Part shown: piece by piece, positions 39,386 through 52,400 of the stretch
How the letters are laid out: each line of letters begins with the position of its first letter
Position numbering within the stretch: position 1 is the stretch's first letter
Notes under the pieces: model-generated
Told to the model about the DNA's origin: nothing
The model's database searches: none
The model's input: the letters and a program-made list of their open reading frames with translations, nothing else
Program-made: the position numbers and the translations under genes
Assembly: GCA_022605425.2 (NCBI GenBank)
Contig: CM061247.1
Location: 1,240,001 to 1,304,000, forward strand
DNA length: 64,000 nucleotides
Source of the DNA: Hamiltosporidium tvaerminnensis FI-OER-3-3
Lineage: Eukaryota; Fungi; Microsporidia
Reading direction: 5' to 3'

Positions 39386-39423
39386 AATTTAATTATAAAA
39401 ATTAAATATTTTAGAATTTTTAA

Positions 39424-40154
39424 TAGTGGAGGGAGGATAACCACATAAAAAACTTTCTGCTTGGCAATGAGTGTGTGAAAGTGTTGTGAGATCATTGTTT
39501 GGATTTTTGGTGGGAATACAACCACACTACATCTTCGGTTGTTCCATGGGAATTGTTATGAGGAGGAGAGGTCTAAGAAATGGAGAAACTTTTTCTACAA
39601 AATATTTGTAGTTTTTTATGTAACCAGATTGCAGACCGCAGCTGAAAATGTAGGTAATTGCCCTGTAAAAGCATGGAAACCTAGCCTTGCTCACTCAGGT
39701 TAGAAGACTTAGCGCCTGGGAGATATAAAAATAAAACCCATTAAAACCCGGGAGAGCTAAGTAGCAGGTTATACCTGTTGGTATGACATTGCACTGTCTA
39801 GGTGGACCCCATGTAAATCTCTGAAATATATCTTAGCTAGAAGTTTATTGGGTTCGGAAAGTGTAGAGTAAGTGGGAATGCTGCATAGTCTTGGGGGAGC
39901 CCAGGGGGGGGGCTTCGGCCTTCGATCACACTCCATGCAACGGACATTAACGAACTCCGGGCAACTGCCTCGCCTATTAATTAGGTTCTACACACCTGGT
40001 AGATGAAAGGCTTTGGGACGTAGGTATCGCAGTGGTTACCGATGGAGTGTTGGGGTAGCAGTCATTTATGTTAAACCTAGAACTGCGTTAATGTCATTAA
40101 AACAAATATAACACATGCCACTATTGTAAAAAGATGTGATATTTTTAAATAAAA
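39424..40154 (+). mobile_element. ~715-nt element, copy A
   Basis: Full length GTGGAGGGAGG..TTAAATAAA; TSD TTAGAATTTTTAA 39411-39423 / 40155-40167. Confidence 0.95.
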
Positions 40155-40167
40155 TTAGAATTTTTAA

Positions 40168-43100
40168 AATCATGGGTAGAAAGAAAAATGTTAGCAGCGA
40201 AATATCGAAAAATACCAAAATAAAGGCTGCAAACGACGCTGATGAGGTGAAGAAGAGTGATAGTGAGGTACAAAAATGTAAGCTACACCCACCGGCGATT
40301 TCCCTACCTTCCTCCTCCTACACAACAATAACACCTCCACCACCAAGCCAAACATGCAGTAAAATGCAAAATAGTGGGCTTGACACCTTACCTTCGCCTA
40401 ATGCACCAGTTCCCTCTTCGGTTGAAGTCTCTGCGGGCGAGCCATCGTACGACATGACAAGCCCCTGTACTCTAGCTATTCCGGGAGGTAACAGGCTAAT
40501 GGCATTGCGGACGATATTCGATTCCGTAACAGCCGACTCGAAGGAATGGCCTCGAATTGTTTTTTTTGCAGTACAGACAAGGTTTGAAAGAATGCCAAGA
40601 AATGGCTGGACAGAGCTTCACAGGTACTATAATGAGAAATTCGGCTGCACTGAAACTCTCGAAGTGTTAAAAAAATTGGCACAAAGTGAGATGGGAAAGG
40701 AAGTAAAATCAGAAGAGAATGGATAGCGACGTAGAATCGCCACTTGTCTCGCTGATACATGCACTTTGACCGACACCACGGAGTACATAAACCTAAGAGA
40801 TAAATTCTTGAGTAAAATCAAAGAAATCTCGGAGAACGAAATTGGAAAAGTGGTGGTCCGAACTAGAAAACATCCAAATGAATTGGTTGATAGTAAAGTT
40901 CTGGATCTCATTAATCGAGTAGTCGGTGAATATGATTGAGCTCATGTACCTGAGTCAATTACGGAAGCCGCGTATATCATGCAAGCTGCGCAGGTATGCT
41001 ATGACGAGGCAACACGCAAAGAAAAGCCTAGATCCGCTTGGAAGGAAAACATAGAAACTAAAATTTCTAAGCTAGTACTTTCCAAAGATATTCTCGGGAA
41101 GGCTCGTAAGCAGGAAAAGCTCTCCACTTCGGAAACGAAGAGCCTTAAGAAAATCATGCGAGAGTTTAATTAAAACTTGAGCAGTGTAACTGATCTTTCT
41201 GAGGCTTTAGTTAAGAAGAATGAGTCTTTGAATGTGTACGAGAAAAAAATTACGATGCATGAAAGTAGGAAGCAATTCCGAAAAGAGAATCGTATGTTTG
41301 AACTTTTCCGGGGTCGATTTTATCGTGGGTTATCTGAGCGTGTGGAATCCGAGCATGTGGTTAGCCGTGATGAAATTGTGAGTTTTTGGTCTACAATGTG
41401 GAACAAAAATGATGACACAGTCACGTATGATGATTATTTGATTCCTTTTGTATCAGATAATCATCCGACCACGTTTCCTTCACTTGATGAATTTGTAAGT
41501 ATTATTAATTGGCTTCCCAATTGGAAAGCTGCTGGAATTGACAGTATTTATAATTTTTTCATCAAGAAACTTACAAATCTTCACAAATATCTTTATGATA
41601 TTGTGAAATTTATATGTTTAGAAGGAAAAACTCAAGTTGATTGGTTTTACTGCGGGCTTACGTATTTGATACCGAAAGGAATTCCACGAAGAGGCTCTGA
41701 CTAAAGGCCAATCACTTGTATGTCAAACCTCTACAAGTTAACGACTAAGTGTGTAACGAAAGTCGTTCAAATTGAAGTGGAAAGGCGAGGGTTGCTTGCA
41801 GAGAACCAATTAGGGGCGGTAAGAGGTGTGCAGGGAGCGAAAGAGCAGGCTCTACTGAATATTGCCTTAAATAAAGAGTATGGAAATAATCTAAAGGCAA
41901 CATGGATTGATGTTAAAAAAGCTTATGATTCAATAGAACATGCTTATTTAACTCAATGCATTGAAAACCTTAATTTACCTGATTGGATCCTGAAATTTAT
42001 CAAGGTAATTATATTAAAATGGAAAATTGAAATATCAGTAGGGCTTGAAAAAATCATGAGCAAGAAGATTGAGAGAGGGATTCTACAAGGAGATAGTTTG
42101 TCACCATTGTTCTTTGTCTTGTGTATGGATCCATTAAGCCGAAAGCTTAATGAAAAATACACAAAAGTGACAGTACAAACAGATGCAGAATCCATTTTTA
42201 CTAATCATCTCTTGTTTATTGATGATCTTAAGCTCCTTGCAAAAGACAGCTCCACATTGAGTGCTATGACAGACGAGGCAAAGTAATTTTCAGAGGTGAT
42301 TAGGTTAGAGATTAACAAAGAGAAGTCAGCCACAAAGGATAAGTGTTGTGAAGATACTGCTACTCTTCTAGAAGGTGTTAGTGTTTACAAATATTTAGGA
42401 ATAATTGAAGATAGCAGAGGAATTCCAACACGTAGCTCATTTGAAGAAGTACAGAGCAAACTGATAGCAAGAGTTGAAAGACTTTGTCACACTAGATTAA
42501 ATGCAAAAAATTTATTTTCTGCAATCAATCAACATGCGATATCGTTAAATAACTATCTCATAGGAGTACTTCGACTTGAACCGGCTGACTTCTCTAAGTT
42601 AGATGATGCAGTGCGTGCGGTGTTGGTAAAAAAATCAGATACATCCTCGCCAAGGATGTAAACAGTGTTTCTACCTTCCTATAACAGAACTTAGAAAATG
42701 CTTGCACCGTGTTGAGTTGCGAAGCGACCATATGCTTCTGCAACTCTTTGATTTTCTGAAAAAACATAAAGATATATCGATAGAAGAGAGCAATTCTCAA
42801 GGACGAGAATAATAATAAAACCCATCTTGCACTAATAAAAGGCTTTTTAAAAGTAAAGTAAAGGTTAGTAGAAGAAGTCACTAAGAAAAGTTTAGAAGAA
42901 GCTCAACTTGCCATACTATATAACGAAATAGAAAAAGGCAAAACTTCATTCAAAGTTATATAATGCAAGAAAAAATGAGCTTGTGAGTGTTAGTGACTCT
43001 TCAAGATGGCTAAAGAGAGGAAATATTAGACCAAGAAATGAAGCTGTATTCTGCTATATCCAGGATAGAAATGTATTCTGGGGAGCAGATGGTGTATGTC

Positions 43101-43973
43101 AACATTGCGGGAAGTCTGGTAAGACTGTAGATCATCTAGCAACTAGATGTGAAAAAATGCTAGGCCATGATCTCACCAGACGGCGAAATGAAGTGGTTAG
43201 ATGCCTACACTTACTTCTCTTAAATAGATATAAGTTTAAGTCCTCAAAACGAATTAGGAGTCACTCAGTTCAAGAAATTCTTGATAATGAGTATGCAGAG
43301 ATAAGAGTAGACACCAGAATTAAAACTGATGTTAAAATTCGGAATAACAGACCGGACATATTTATTTTAAATAAGAAGAAGAATAAGATAACACTCATTG
43401 AAGTAGGAATCACTTCCCAAGATTCACTTCAAATAGTTGAAACTGAAAAACTTAGGAAGTATGACCTGTTAGCCAATGAGTTAGGTCTTATTTATAAGTG
43501 TAGTGTTGAGATAATCCCTTATTTGATGACCTGAGACGGTATTGGGACAAAATACCATAAATCTCATCTTAAAAGACTAGAAATACCCATGAATGTAGAG
43601 GCATACATTCAGTCTATAGTACTTAAGAAGACAGTCGAAACAATTTCCTTTGATCGACGAAGAGGACTTGAGTCAGGACTAAATGCCGAAGAGAGCTGGG
43701 AGAGAGCGTTAATGGGTGTTATTATGAGAGCAGAGATGCATGAGGAACCAACACCCCCTTTAAAAGAAGAGAGAGAGAGGAAGATGGTGTTAAAATCTTA
43801 AAACCAATAAATAATACACCCCTTATTTCACAAGGAGGAACCACTTTAGAGGAACCGACCAATAACATAAATGAAGAGTCGGATTTGGATGAAGAGACAA
43901 TAGTGGTTAAAGAGGTAGAAGAAAACATATAAAAATGTTAATAATATTTTAACCCAGAATTTTATTAAATAAA
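40168..43973 (+). mobile_element. R4-clade-like non-LTR retrotransposon (RT + CCHC + restriction-like endonuclease), copy A, inactivated; ORF 40172-43932
   Basis: RT motifs WKAAGID, DVKKAYDS, RGILQGDSLSP, HLLFIDDLKL, YKYLG; CQHC..HLATRC knuckle; RPD..IEV and EKLRKY RLE motifs; multiple stops and frameshifts; AATAAA 3' end. Confidence 0.95.
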
Positions 43974-44413
43974 TTAAAAGAAAATTATTTTTAAGTAGTT
44001 CGGTGTAAAGTTTGAAATCAAAATTTGTTATGTAGATTATGTTTTGTCTTAGGTAAAAAGAGGTGTATGTTAAGATAAAAAAGCAAAAAACAGTTCTATA
44101 CAATTTGAAAGAAAAAATAGGGATAGATCTCTGCTTGTTAACAATCCTATTCAATATATGGAAAATACTTCATATTATCTAGAAGCAGCAAATAATTAAC
44201 TTTCATCAAAAATAGCTATTTTAGCTGTCAATTATTATTCACAATCTTAAATTATTTCCAATATGTTTAAGATTCTAGAACTTTTGCTAAAGAATCTAAT
44301 CTGATGCAAAAAATCTTCGATTTATATATTTTGTAGCAAAATAACTAAAGCTTGGTTTTTGTAAAAGTTTATATAGGAATCATAGAAATATAGATTTTAA
44401 TCAGTAGTTTTAC

Positions 44414-44799
44414 TTTTTATTTAATAAAATTCTGGGTTAACAAATTTTTCTTTTTAAATAATTCTTTCCACCATTTCAACCACTTCTATCTCTTCCTCCA
44501 ACTCCAACTCTTCATTTGTATTAGTTGTTGGTTCCTTTGCTGTGGTTATGCCATCCAAAATAAGGGGTAAAATATTTTTTGTATTTTCCGTTTTAACACC
44601 ATCTTCCTCGTTGTCTACTTGCTTTAAAGGGGGTATTGGTTGTTTATGCATCTCAGCTCCTAAGATAACACTTAATGATGCTCTCTCCCAGCTCTCCTCG
44701 GCATTTGGACCAGACTCAAGTCCTCTTCGTCGATCAAAAGAAATTGTTTCGACTGTCTTCTTGAGTACTATGGATTGTATATATGCCTCTACATTCATG
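44414..44799 (-). mobile_element. 5'-truncated LINE 3' end (related subfamily)
   Basis: MNVEAYIQSIVLKKTVETISFDRRRGLES; perfect 14-bp TSD ATCAGTAGTTTTAC 44400-44413 / 44800-44813. Confidence 0.95.
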
Positions 44800-47700
44800 A
44801 TCAGTAGTTTTACAAATTATATTGAGTTGTAATATGTTCAAATATTAATAAAGGGTTAAAATGTTGATATATATTTGCTTTAGAACTTATGCATCTATGA
44901 AAAAATTATAAAGACAAAGTTAAAAAAATTGATATTTCAAAGAGAAATTTTTTTTCATGTTCATTGTAAAATCTTGAGTCTTTTTTTCAAGTACAAAAAA
45001 ATTAAGACAGGAAGTTTAAACCAAATTAGGATAGATTAGAGTTAATATTGACTGAAGGCAAGAAAGGATTAAGAAGAAGACTGGTTTGTGGGTTTAAAGT
45101 TTTTTCTCCATAATATTAAATTATACACTTTAATTATAATCTATGATTTAATCTTAATACAGGTAGGCAAAGAAGTATAATTAGAGATTTAATACATATA
45201 AATCAAAAAAAATAAATAAAAGCTTACTATATCAAAATTATTGTTTATATTTAAATACTGGCATATAAATATATCACGGTATTGAAACAGATGTGAAAAA
45301 TTTAAAACGTAATAAATTAAAATATAAAATAAACTTACTATTTAGCATTTTAAATACATTTTGGATCTGCTACGAGAATGGAAATAATTAATGAATTTTT
45401 TTTCTTGAGGGTATAAATCGTAAAAATTTATTTTAACAGAGTTTAGATTGCAATAATCCACAAAAATATAGTTTAATTGGATTTATAGTTTTGCTTATGA
45501 TATAACATGAGATTACTCACTAGCAACTCTGATTTTTAGAAATTTGTAGGATTTACATGTTTATAAATTATATAAGATTTGCGAATTATATTATTTTATC
45601 CTGTGAAAAAACATAAGAATTTTTACACATTTTTATTTATTGAAACAAGCGGAGCTATGTTTGTTTATATTTTTATATTTTAATCGGTTTAAACAATTTT
45701 TATTTCAAAAATGTGTTTATAAAGTACTATGCCTTTTTAAAATATGACATATATCAGAAAAATTTATTAAAAAGGCATATTTATGTATTTATGTGATTGA
45801 TATTAATAGGCTAACATAATTTTTTATTAACCTTTTTAAGATTAAAATAGTGTCGCAAAGTTTTAAAAATATATTAGATTGAAATTTATTGTAAAATAAA
45901 CATGTTTTATTCACAGGAACAATACATTAGAAGAAATTATGTATAAATTTTTTAAGTATTAAAATATTGTACATTAATTGCATATCATTGTAATTTTTCA
46001 AACGTTAGTTTTATAGAGTAAATAAATTTCTAGTAAATCATAAAAATATATTGATTTTTTTTCGAAACATATGTGAAATATTTTCCGAATGGTCTCTCTA
46101 TATCAAATTTGTGTAAGTTAATTAGTTTCGGCCTAAAATACTTTTGACAAATCCATAATTATGATAAAATATTTTCTAACCCATCTATCAAACGTGTATT
46201 GCAGGCATATATACTTTAAAAAGATAATTTATATCTATTTGAAATTAAAAAGATTTATTTTCAATCAAGTATAAATCGAGTATCAAATTAACCAATAGAT
46301 AATTCTTAGGAACTAAAATGTACTTATTTTTATTTTTTAAATATTTTGGAGTAAAACCAATTATATATTTAAGCAATACATGAAACCTTACGAAAAAGAC
46401 ACTTCACAGAAATATATATAAAATCATCTTTATTTCATTGTAATCTTTATAATATTTTTTACTGAACGAATTAAATTACTAAACATAAAGCAGATTAAAC
46501 CATGTCTCGCAGAATAAAAATTTAAAGTGCGTGTTTGCTAGAAAAACTTACAAAGAGCAAAAAAAATCCGAAAAAAACTTTCAATTGCAAAAGAAAGTGA
46601 AAAAACAGAAATAAATACGTAAAACAATTATATAAAATGTATATAAAGTTATTTAGATAATTTTTAGCTTATCCTGATTTTTCAAAATTAATATAGATTT
46701 TTAATAAAAAAGCCCATATATTTTTACAGGGCAAAAGATTTTTCGATTTGCATGAGACTATATTGATCCAGCCGTTTTTGGGGTAAAACACGATCCAATT
46801 CAAAATACGCCGATAACATATTGCTTAAAATCACTTTGACACGAAACTAAGGCAGTGGTTTTTTAAAATGTGATAGATTGTTAGTACGTGATATAAATCT
46901 CTGGTATTGTTATAATCTGCTCAAAGTTTCGCTTCATATAACATTATAAGAGTTTCCTATTAGAAAAAAATTATTTTTGTAACAAAACGAATTCACTTGA
47001 AGATACGGAAGAAATTGATTAAGATATGTTATGTTTCGTTAATGGTATAAGTTATTACCTTAAATTTTGTTGCAAAGTTCAAATTTAAACTCTCGATGAT
47101 GAATTTCATATTAAGCTTTTATTGAATTTTTTTAGCGCAAATACTGCATTCTATTAAAACTGCTCAGCTTTCGTATCGAATTGTGACTCTTTTGTAATTT
47201 TTGGCACTTATGGTTCAATTTGGTGCATACTTTTGAATTCTCATTCAAAAGCAAGAAAAAAACGCAATTTAAATTCAAAAAATCATTTTTCGCTATTAAA
47301 TCCGCCATGTATTCAATTATATCTTATCTTTATCATCGAAATTTATTAATAAAATATCACGCGACATAATAAAACAATCATAAAATATTTCAAAAGGTAG
47401 ATTATAAAATAAATTTATGCTTCAAAAATACAAAAATCACGAATAATTGAAATTAAAGAATTTTTAATCTATGGATATTTTTTGAAAAATTAATGTAAGT
47501 AAAAGCCACAAAAGTGTATGCTTTTTGTCGGAATGGGTTAAAAAGGAAATGCTTCTTAATTAAGGTTAATTATAGTTTATTTATTTTTAATGTTATAATA
47601 ACTGGATTGAATAGACAGGATGTTTTTTAATGGCAATATACACAATTAATTAATGTATAAACATCATGGGAAATATATAGATGTTTATCATAAATAAATT

Positions 47701-49192
47701 GGGTTTTATGGTAAACATTTTAAAGTGTGTTTAATATTTCCTGAAAATTAAAATACCGATATGACAGAATTATAAAGAAACTCTGATATTTTGTAGTAAT
47801 CTTAACGAATCTGTGTATTTAATTTTGAGTGTAAAATAAACAGTGATGATGAATACGGCAAAAAATACGGAATATCATGATCAAAATAATTCCTAATTTA
47901 GAGCTTAAAATCTGATTATGATAACATTAATGTTTTGAGCTTTTTTTCCCAAAAAATCTAGTAAAAACATTTTAAATTACTTCTTATCATTTTTTAATAA
48001 ACCATTAATAACTGAACGAGATAAATTCAAGAATTTCTTAGGTCTTTGTAGATATAAATACAAAAATATGTTCATTTTTTTTTTTACAAAATTTTAAAAC
48101 ACTTTTTCTTTGTGCATGTCGTTTAATTTTTCGAAGCGTTCGAGGAAGATACAAGAGAAGTCTCGCTTTATTTTAATATCTTGAATTTTTGTTCTAAGAT
48201 TATGCAACTTAATTCATATATGTTAAAATTAATAAATTTTTATCTCGACAATGGCACCCAGCCTTCATTATATAATCGAAGTCTTTATGTGCAAAAAATA
48301 TTGCAATAAAACTTAATTTATATTCCTACTCATATTTTTAAATTTTTTAAATGCATTGAAACCAAAATTACTCAGATTTTTAATATGAATTCAATGATAT
48401 TTAAATACATTAATTCTTTTGTATTGCTCATTTTGAGATTTGCTGGTTTGATATTCGCGAACTAATAAATAAAGTAATTCGCTGAATTCGCAATTTTTTG
48501 GAATACTTAACACTATTAAATGCCGACTTATGTCTATACATTAAAACATAAAAACAAAAAGATTAGAAATTTATAAAAATACGTACTAATTTCGATATTA
48601 AGTTTTAAAAGGTAGAAATCTTTCAAGGGCCAATATTCACTTAAATCTCATACTTCATGGCAGATCTTTATCGAAAAAATGGTTTACATCTACAATTACA
48701 TAGAGATCTTATAGAGATATATTTTTTTCTTTAAATAATATCGAAATCATATTTCATTGATATTGTCATTTTATATTATATTCATAACTGAGTTTTTTGT
48801 ATCGTTATTATTTTTTGCCTTGGCTATTATTATATATAAGTATACCACTTTAGTTTAATTTAAATTATTAAAATGCAAAGAATTTAAAACTATTTATTTT
48901 TAGATTACTTGCAGATATTTGAATATAGGGTTACATAGGTAAATCGATTTTGCATGTTTCTTTCAGAAGAGCCTTACAGATTCTATTTTTTTTTCGAGAA
49001 CTGTGAAATCTAATTTTTAAAATATTTTTCACCGGATAGGTATATATTTTTTAATTTTTCTAGATAAAACACGAAGCAAGAATTTAAAATATTTTACTAA
49101 TTTAAATTCTTAATCAATGTTTTGATTTAACTTATACCAAAGTACACTTATTAATGAGATAAAGAAAAATTAGGTCAAATATAGTTTTGCCT

Positions 49193-49414
49193 CGCGCTAA
49201 TGTCAAGTGGTTAGGATATCGGAATTTGCTTCCAAAGGCCGGTTTGATCTCCGGTTGGTGCACTCTTTATCTTTCGTTCAGAAATGTTTGTGTGTGGCCG
49301 ATAACCTAACCTATCAGAATAAAAATGTCTTTGACCGCCTATAACTTTACCAAGCTATAATTCATCGTTGGATTGTGTTCCATTCGTAGAGAAAAGGCGA
49401 GCTATTAAATAATA
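49193..49414 (+). mobile_element. 222-bp tRNA-headed SINE-like insertion
   Basis: 12-bp TSD ATAGTTTTGCCT 49181-49192 / 49415-49426; tRNA-like head; 3' end TATTAAATAA like the LINE tail. Confidence 0.8.
49194..49262 (+). pseudogene. Degenerate tRNA-like head (Gly-like acceptor and T-arm; anticodon ambiguous, TCC or TTG)
   Basis: GCGCTAA/TTGGTGC-A acceptor, GTC-AAGTGGTTAG-GAT D-arm, CCGG-TTTGATCT-CCGG T-arm; anticodon arm defective. Confidence 0.7.
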
Positions 49415-52400
49415 ATAGTTTTGCCTTAAAATCTCTACACTTATTTACTTGAACAATTATTTACATGCAGTTCAGATCCATCTTACTCAACATTATTCCA
49501 AATTCATGATGTAGTGAAATACTTCCTTAAGGGAACTTCTATTTTCTTTTACACAACAAGTTATTCCGAATGAAATAACAAAAGATAAAAATGTATCTTT
49601 CGAAAGTAGATATTATATCATGATTGCGAAATTATTCACATTTGCTATTTGCCACGAAATTTTCTTGATATAAAAACATACACAGCATAAATTGCGAATG
49701 AATGGTATAATTACTAAAAAAATATCATTCTTTTGTTTAAATATGTAAAAACAATCTCTTTCATGATATTACTCAGAACCAAGATAAATAATAAAGTGAT
49801 AACTTGATAAAATAGTGTTTAAAACAGAAATTTAAATATCTCTTTGACAAATATTAAGATCTTGCAATTTTTTTTTAACAAAAAAGCACATATCTAAAAT
49901 GACTTACTTATATTCATAAATCTTTAGTTAAAACAAATCTATGTATAAAATTTTAATTTGAAGAAATGAAGCTTTCTAAATATTTTTTTATTGTTTATAC
50001 AGTTACTATTCCACAATGGAAATTAAATCAAAAAAATATAATTAACCTTATATCAGGCATAAATTTTTAATTAATCAAATTTAAAATAAAGTATGAAATT
50101 TATTTCTATAAAATGTGGTTTCTACATTATAAACATTTATAAACTTAAAATTAAACTTTGTGTAGAATCAGTTCTATTTCCAAATTTTGTACCAATTTAT
50201 TAAGAGAATAAGTAATTTTAATCTAGAACAATACAATTCACAACCAATTTCATTAAAGACATTGTTTTAATTGATATCACCTTCCATAAATAGATCTAAG
50301 AATATCATAGAATAATCTAAATAAACAAATTTTCCTAATCCGGAAACAAATTTGTTCAAAAAAAAAGTATTTATAGAGCGAAAAAACCCAGAAATTATGA
50401 AAAATTCAGAAGCAATATCTTCTTCTGAAATAGCAGAATAGAAAAATGGAACTGATGCTTATTAGATAGCTCTGTGCATCGGTATAAAAATTATTATAGA
50501 GCAAATAAAAGATAAATGTGGGGAGGGGGGTTTATTTTTAATGAAAACTCATTGGAACCGAAGTAAGAGAAGAAAATGAAAATAGGATATCTGTGCAGAA
50601 CAACAGAGATTATATTGTACTATTCGAAGTAGAAATGAAAATGGAGGAATGGTGTGAAATCGAAAGATTCAGTCGTATGGTTAAGCTAGAAATTTATCTT
50701 ACGAACCGAATAGACCTTGTGGCTCAAAAAAGTGTTGATTATTGTGCATTGTCAGAAATAGAATAAAAATGTAATGTAGGAAATAAAATTCGAAGAATAT
50801 AGAAAGCAAAATTTATAAAGTTAGAAGTTAGAACTTATGATGTTTTTAAACTATAGAAAAAAAGAAACTTCAAAAGAAGAATTTCGAAACAAAAATCAAC
50901 CCCCCTCCCCGCCAAAGAAATCTTGATCAGAAATAACAAAGAAAAATGAAATTTCTTGTCATATACGAAATTTATGATTCAAAATAAAAAAGAATAAGAC
51001 TTTAAGCGAAAGATAAAAATATTGATAACATTTAAAGCCGAAATTTTAACTAAATAAACGAAACAAATAAAAATGAAAATTTCTAAAGACTTTGATAGAT
51101 AAATTTGCACGTTCTACCTGGAATGAATATATTAAAACAAAAAAGAATTTCAAAATATGCCATACGATAGATAAAAGGATTATAGTCAGCTATAAAATAT
51201 TTTTAAAATATAATAAAATTGTACATAATGCTTAATCTATAAGAAATCTGTCGAATGGTGTGCAAAAGAACAAAACCACGAAAAATGATAGCTTTTAAAC
51301 TCAATTTAAATACGAAAATACCAAGATTAAGCAATGCCTTTGAAAGATTAGATTATTACACTAGTAACCTCTTCATGCTCTAAATTAAATCTAGAACATA
51401 TAAAACTTTGTGAAATTTATAAATCCAAAATAAATGTATAAGCAACAAAGAGATGATTTGATTTACATAATACATAATACTAAGCATATATACAACTATA
51501 AATTTTACTAATGATGACTTATAAGAATGCCTAGAAAATACGAAGAAGCTTTCACATTAATTTGTTATATTAAGCTATGTTTTTATTTTGACTTTATACT
51601 TATATTCCCTGAAAATTGAACTAGTTCTGAATTACTTTTTATGTCTAAAAGCCCCATAAATTCATACTTATCTTATCAATGACTCTGTTCTACATAGAAA
51701 ATTATTTCAATAAATAAATTTTTTATAAGAGAATTTTTCCTTAACTTTTATTTCTATTTATAGTTTCTTAGTAAACTTTTTACCTTTTGAAAAAAATGAC
51801 AAATTTATAAAAATTTTTTTCTAAGTTTTGTATCAAATGAATCAAAATTATATTCAATTTAAAAGCTTTAAAAAAGTAAAAGTAAGAATAAACCGTACCA
51901 GTCTCTAATAACACATTCAGAAATCTTTATTTATGTGTTTTATAAGACATAAGATGATTTGATCAATCAAAAATCAATATTTGATTTAAACTTAAGAAAA
52001 TAGCTATTTTTTCAATATCAAATATATTATATGTTTTTGCATAAAATACTCTTTATATTTGGTAAATCGATTCAGAATATTATTTCTTATAAAATAGAAA
52101 ATGAATTTTTAAAGAAAAAAAAGAACGAATACAAACGTATGAGTTAAGATTTTAGAGTATTTATAGTTGTATTCACATAATAGTTGTATTAGCAAAAACA
52201 AATACATAAATTAGCGTCATGAAATCAATTTTATGTTAAACTTAAATGCTTTCACAATAAATTTAGATTCATTCTTATTTATACTTAGATTCTATTTATT
52301 TAATATGTCTAAAATATGTTTAAATTTAAGAAACTGCGGATAAATTTGATAAAATTAGGAAAGAAATACTTTCCAGAGAGTCATAATTCAATAATAATCG

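Noticed and set aside
40109-40121. Twister-like words (TAACACTTGCCA in most copies near the 3' end, GTGGAGGG at the 5' end) and HDV-like TCCTCGCT/GGGCAAC
   Set aside because: The required P4/pseudoknot segments and motif order could not be assembled; no ribozyme called
39424-40154. 715-nt element as LTR or 5'UTR of the LINE
   Set aside because: It has its own TSDs, a different spacer to the LINE in copies A and B, solo copies, no TG..CA ends and no copy at LINE 3' ends
40239-40247. CTGATGAG hammerhead core
   Set aside because: Lies in coding sequence; no matching stem II and GAAA
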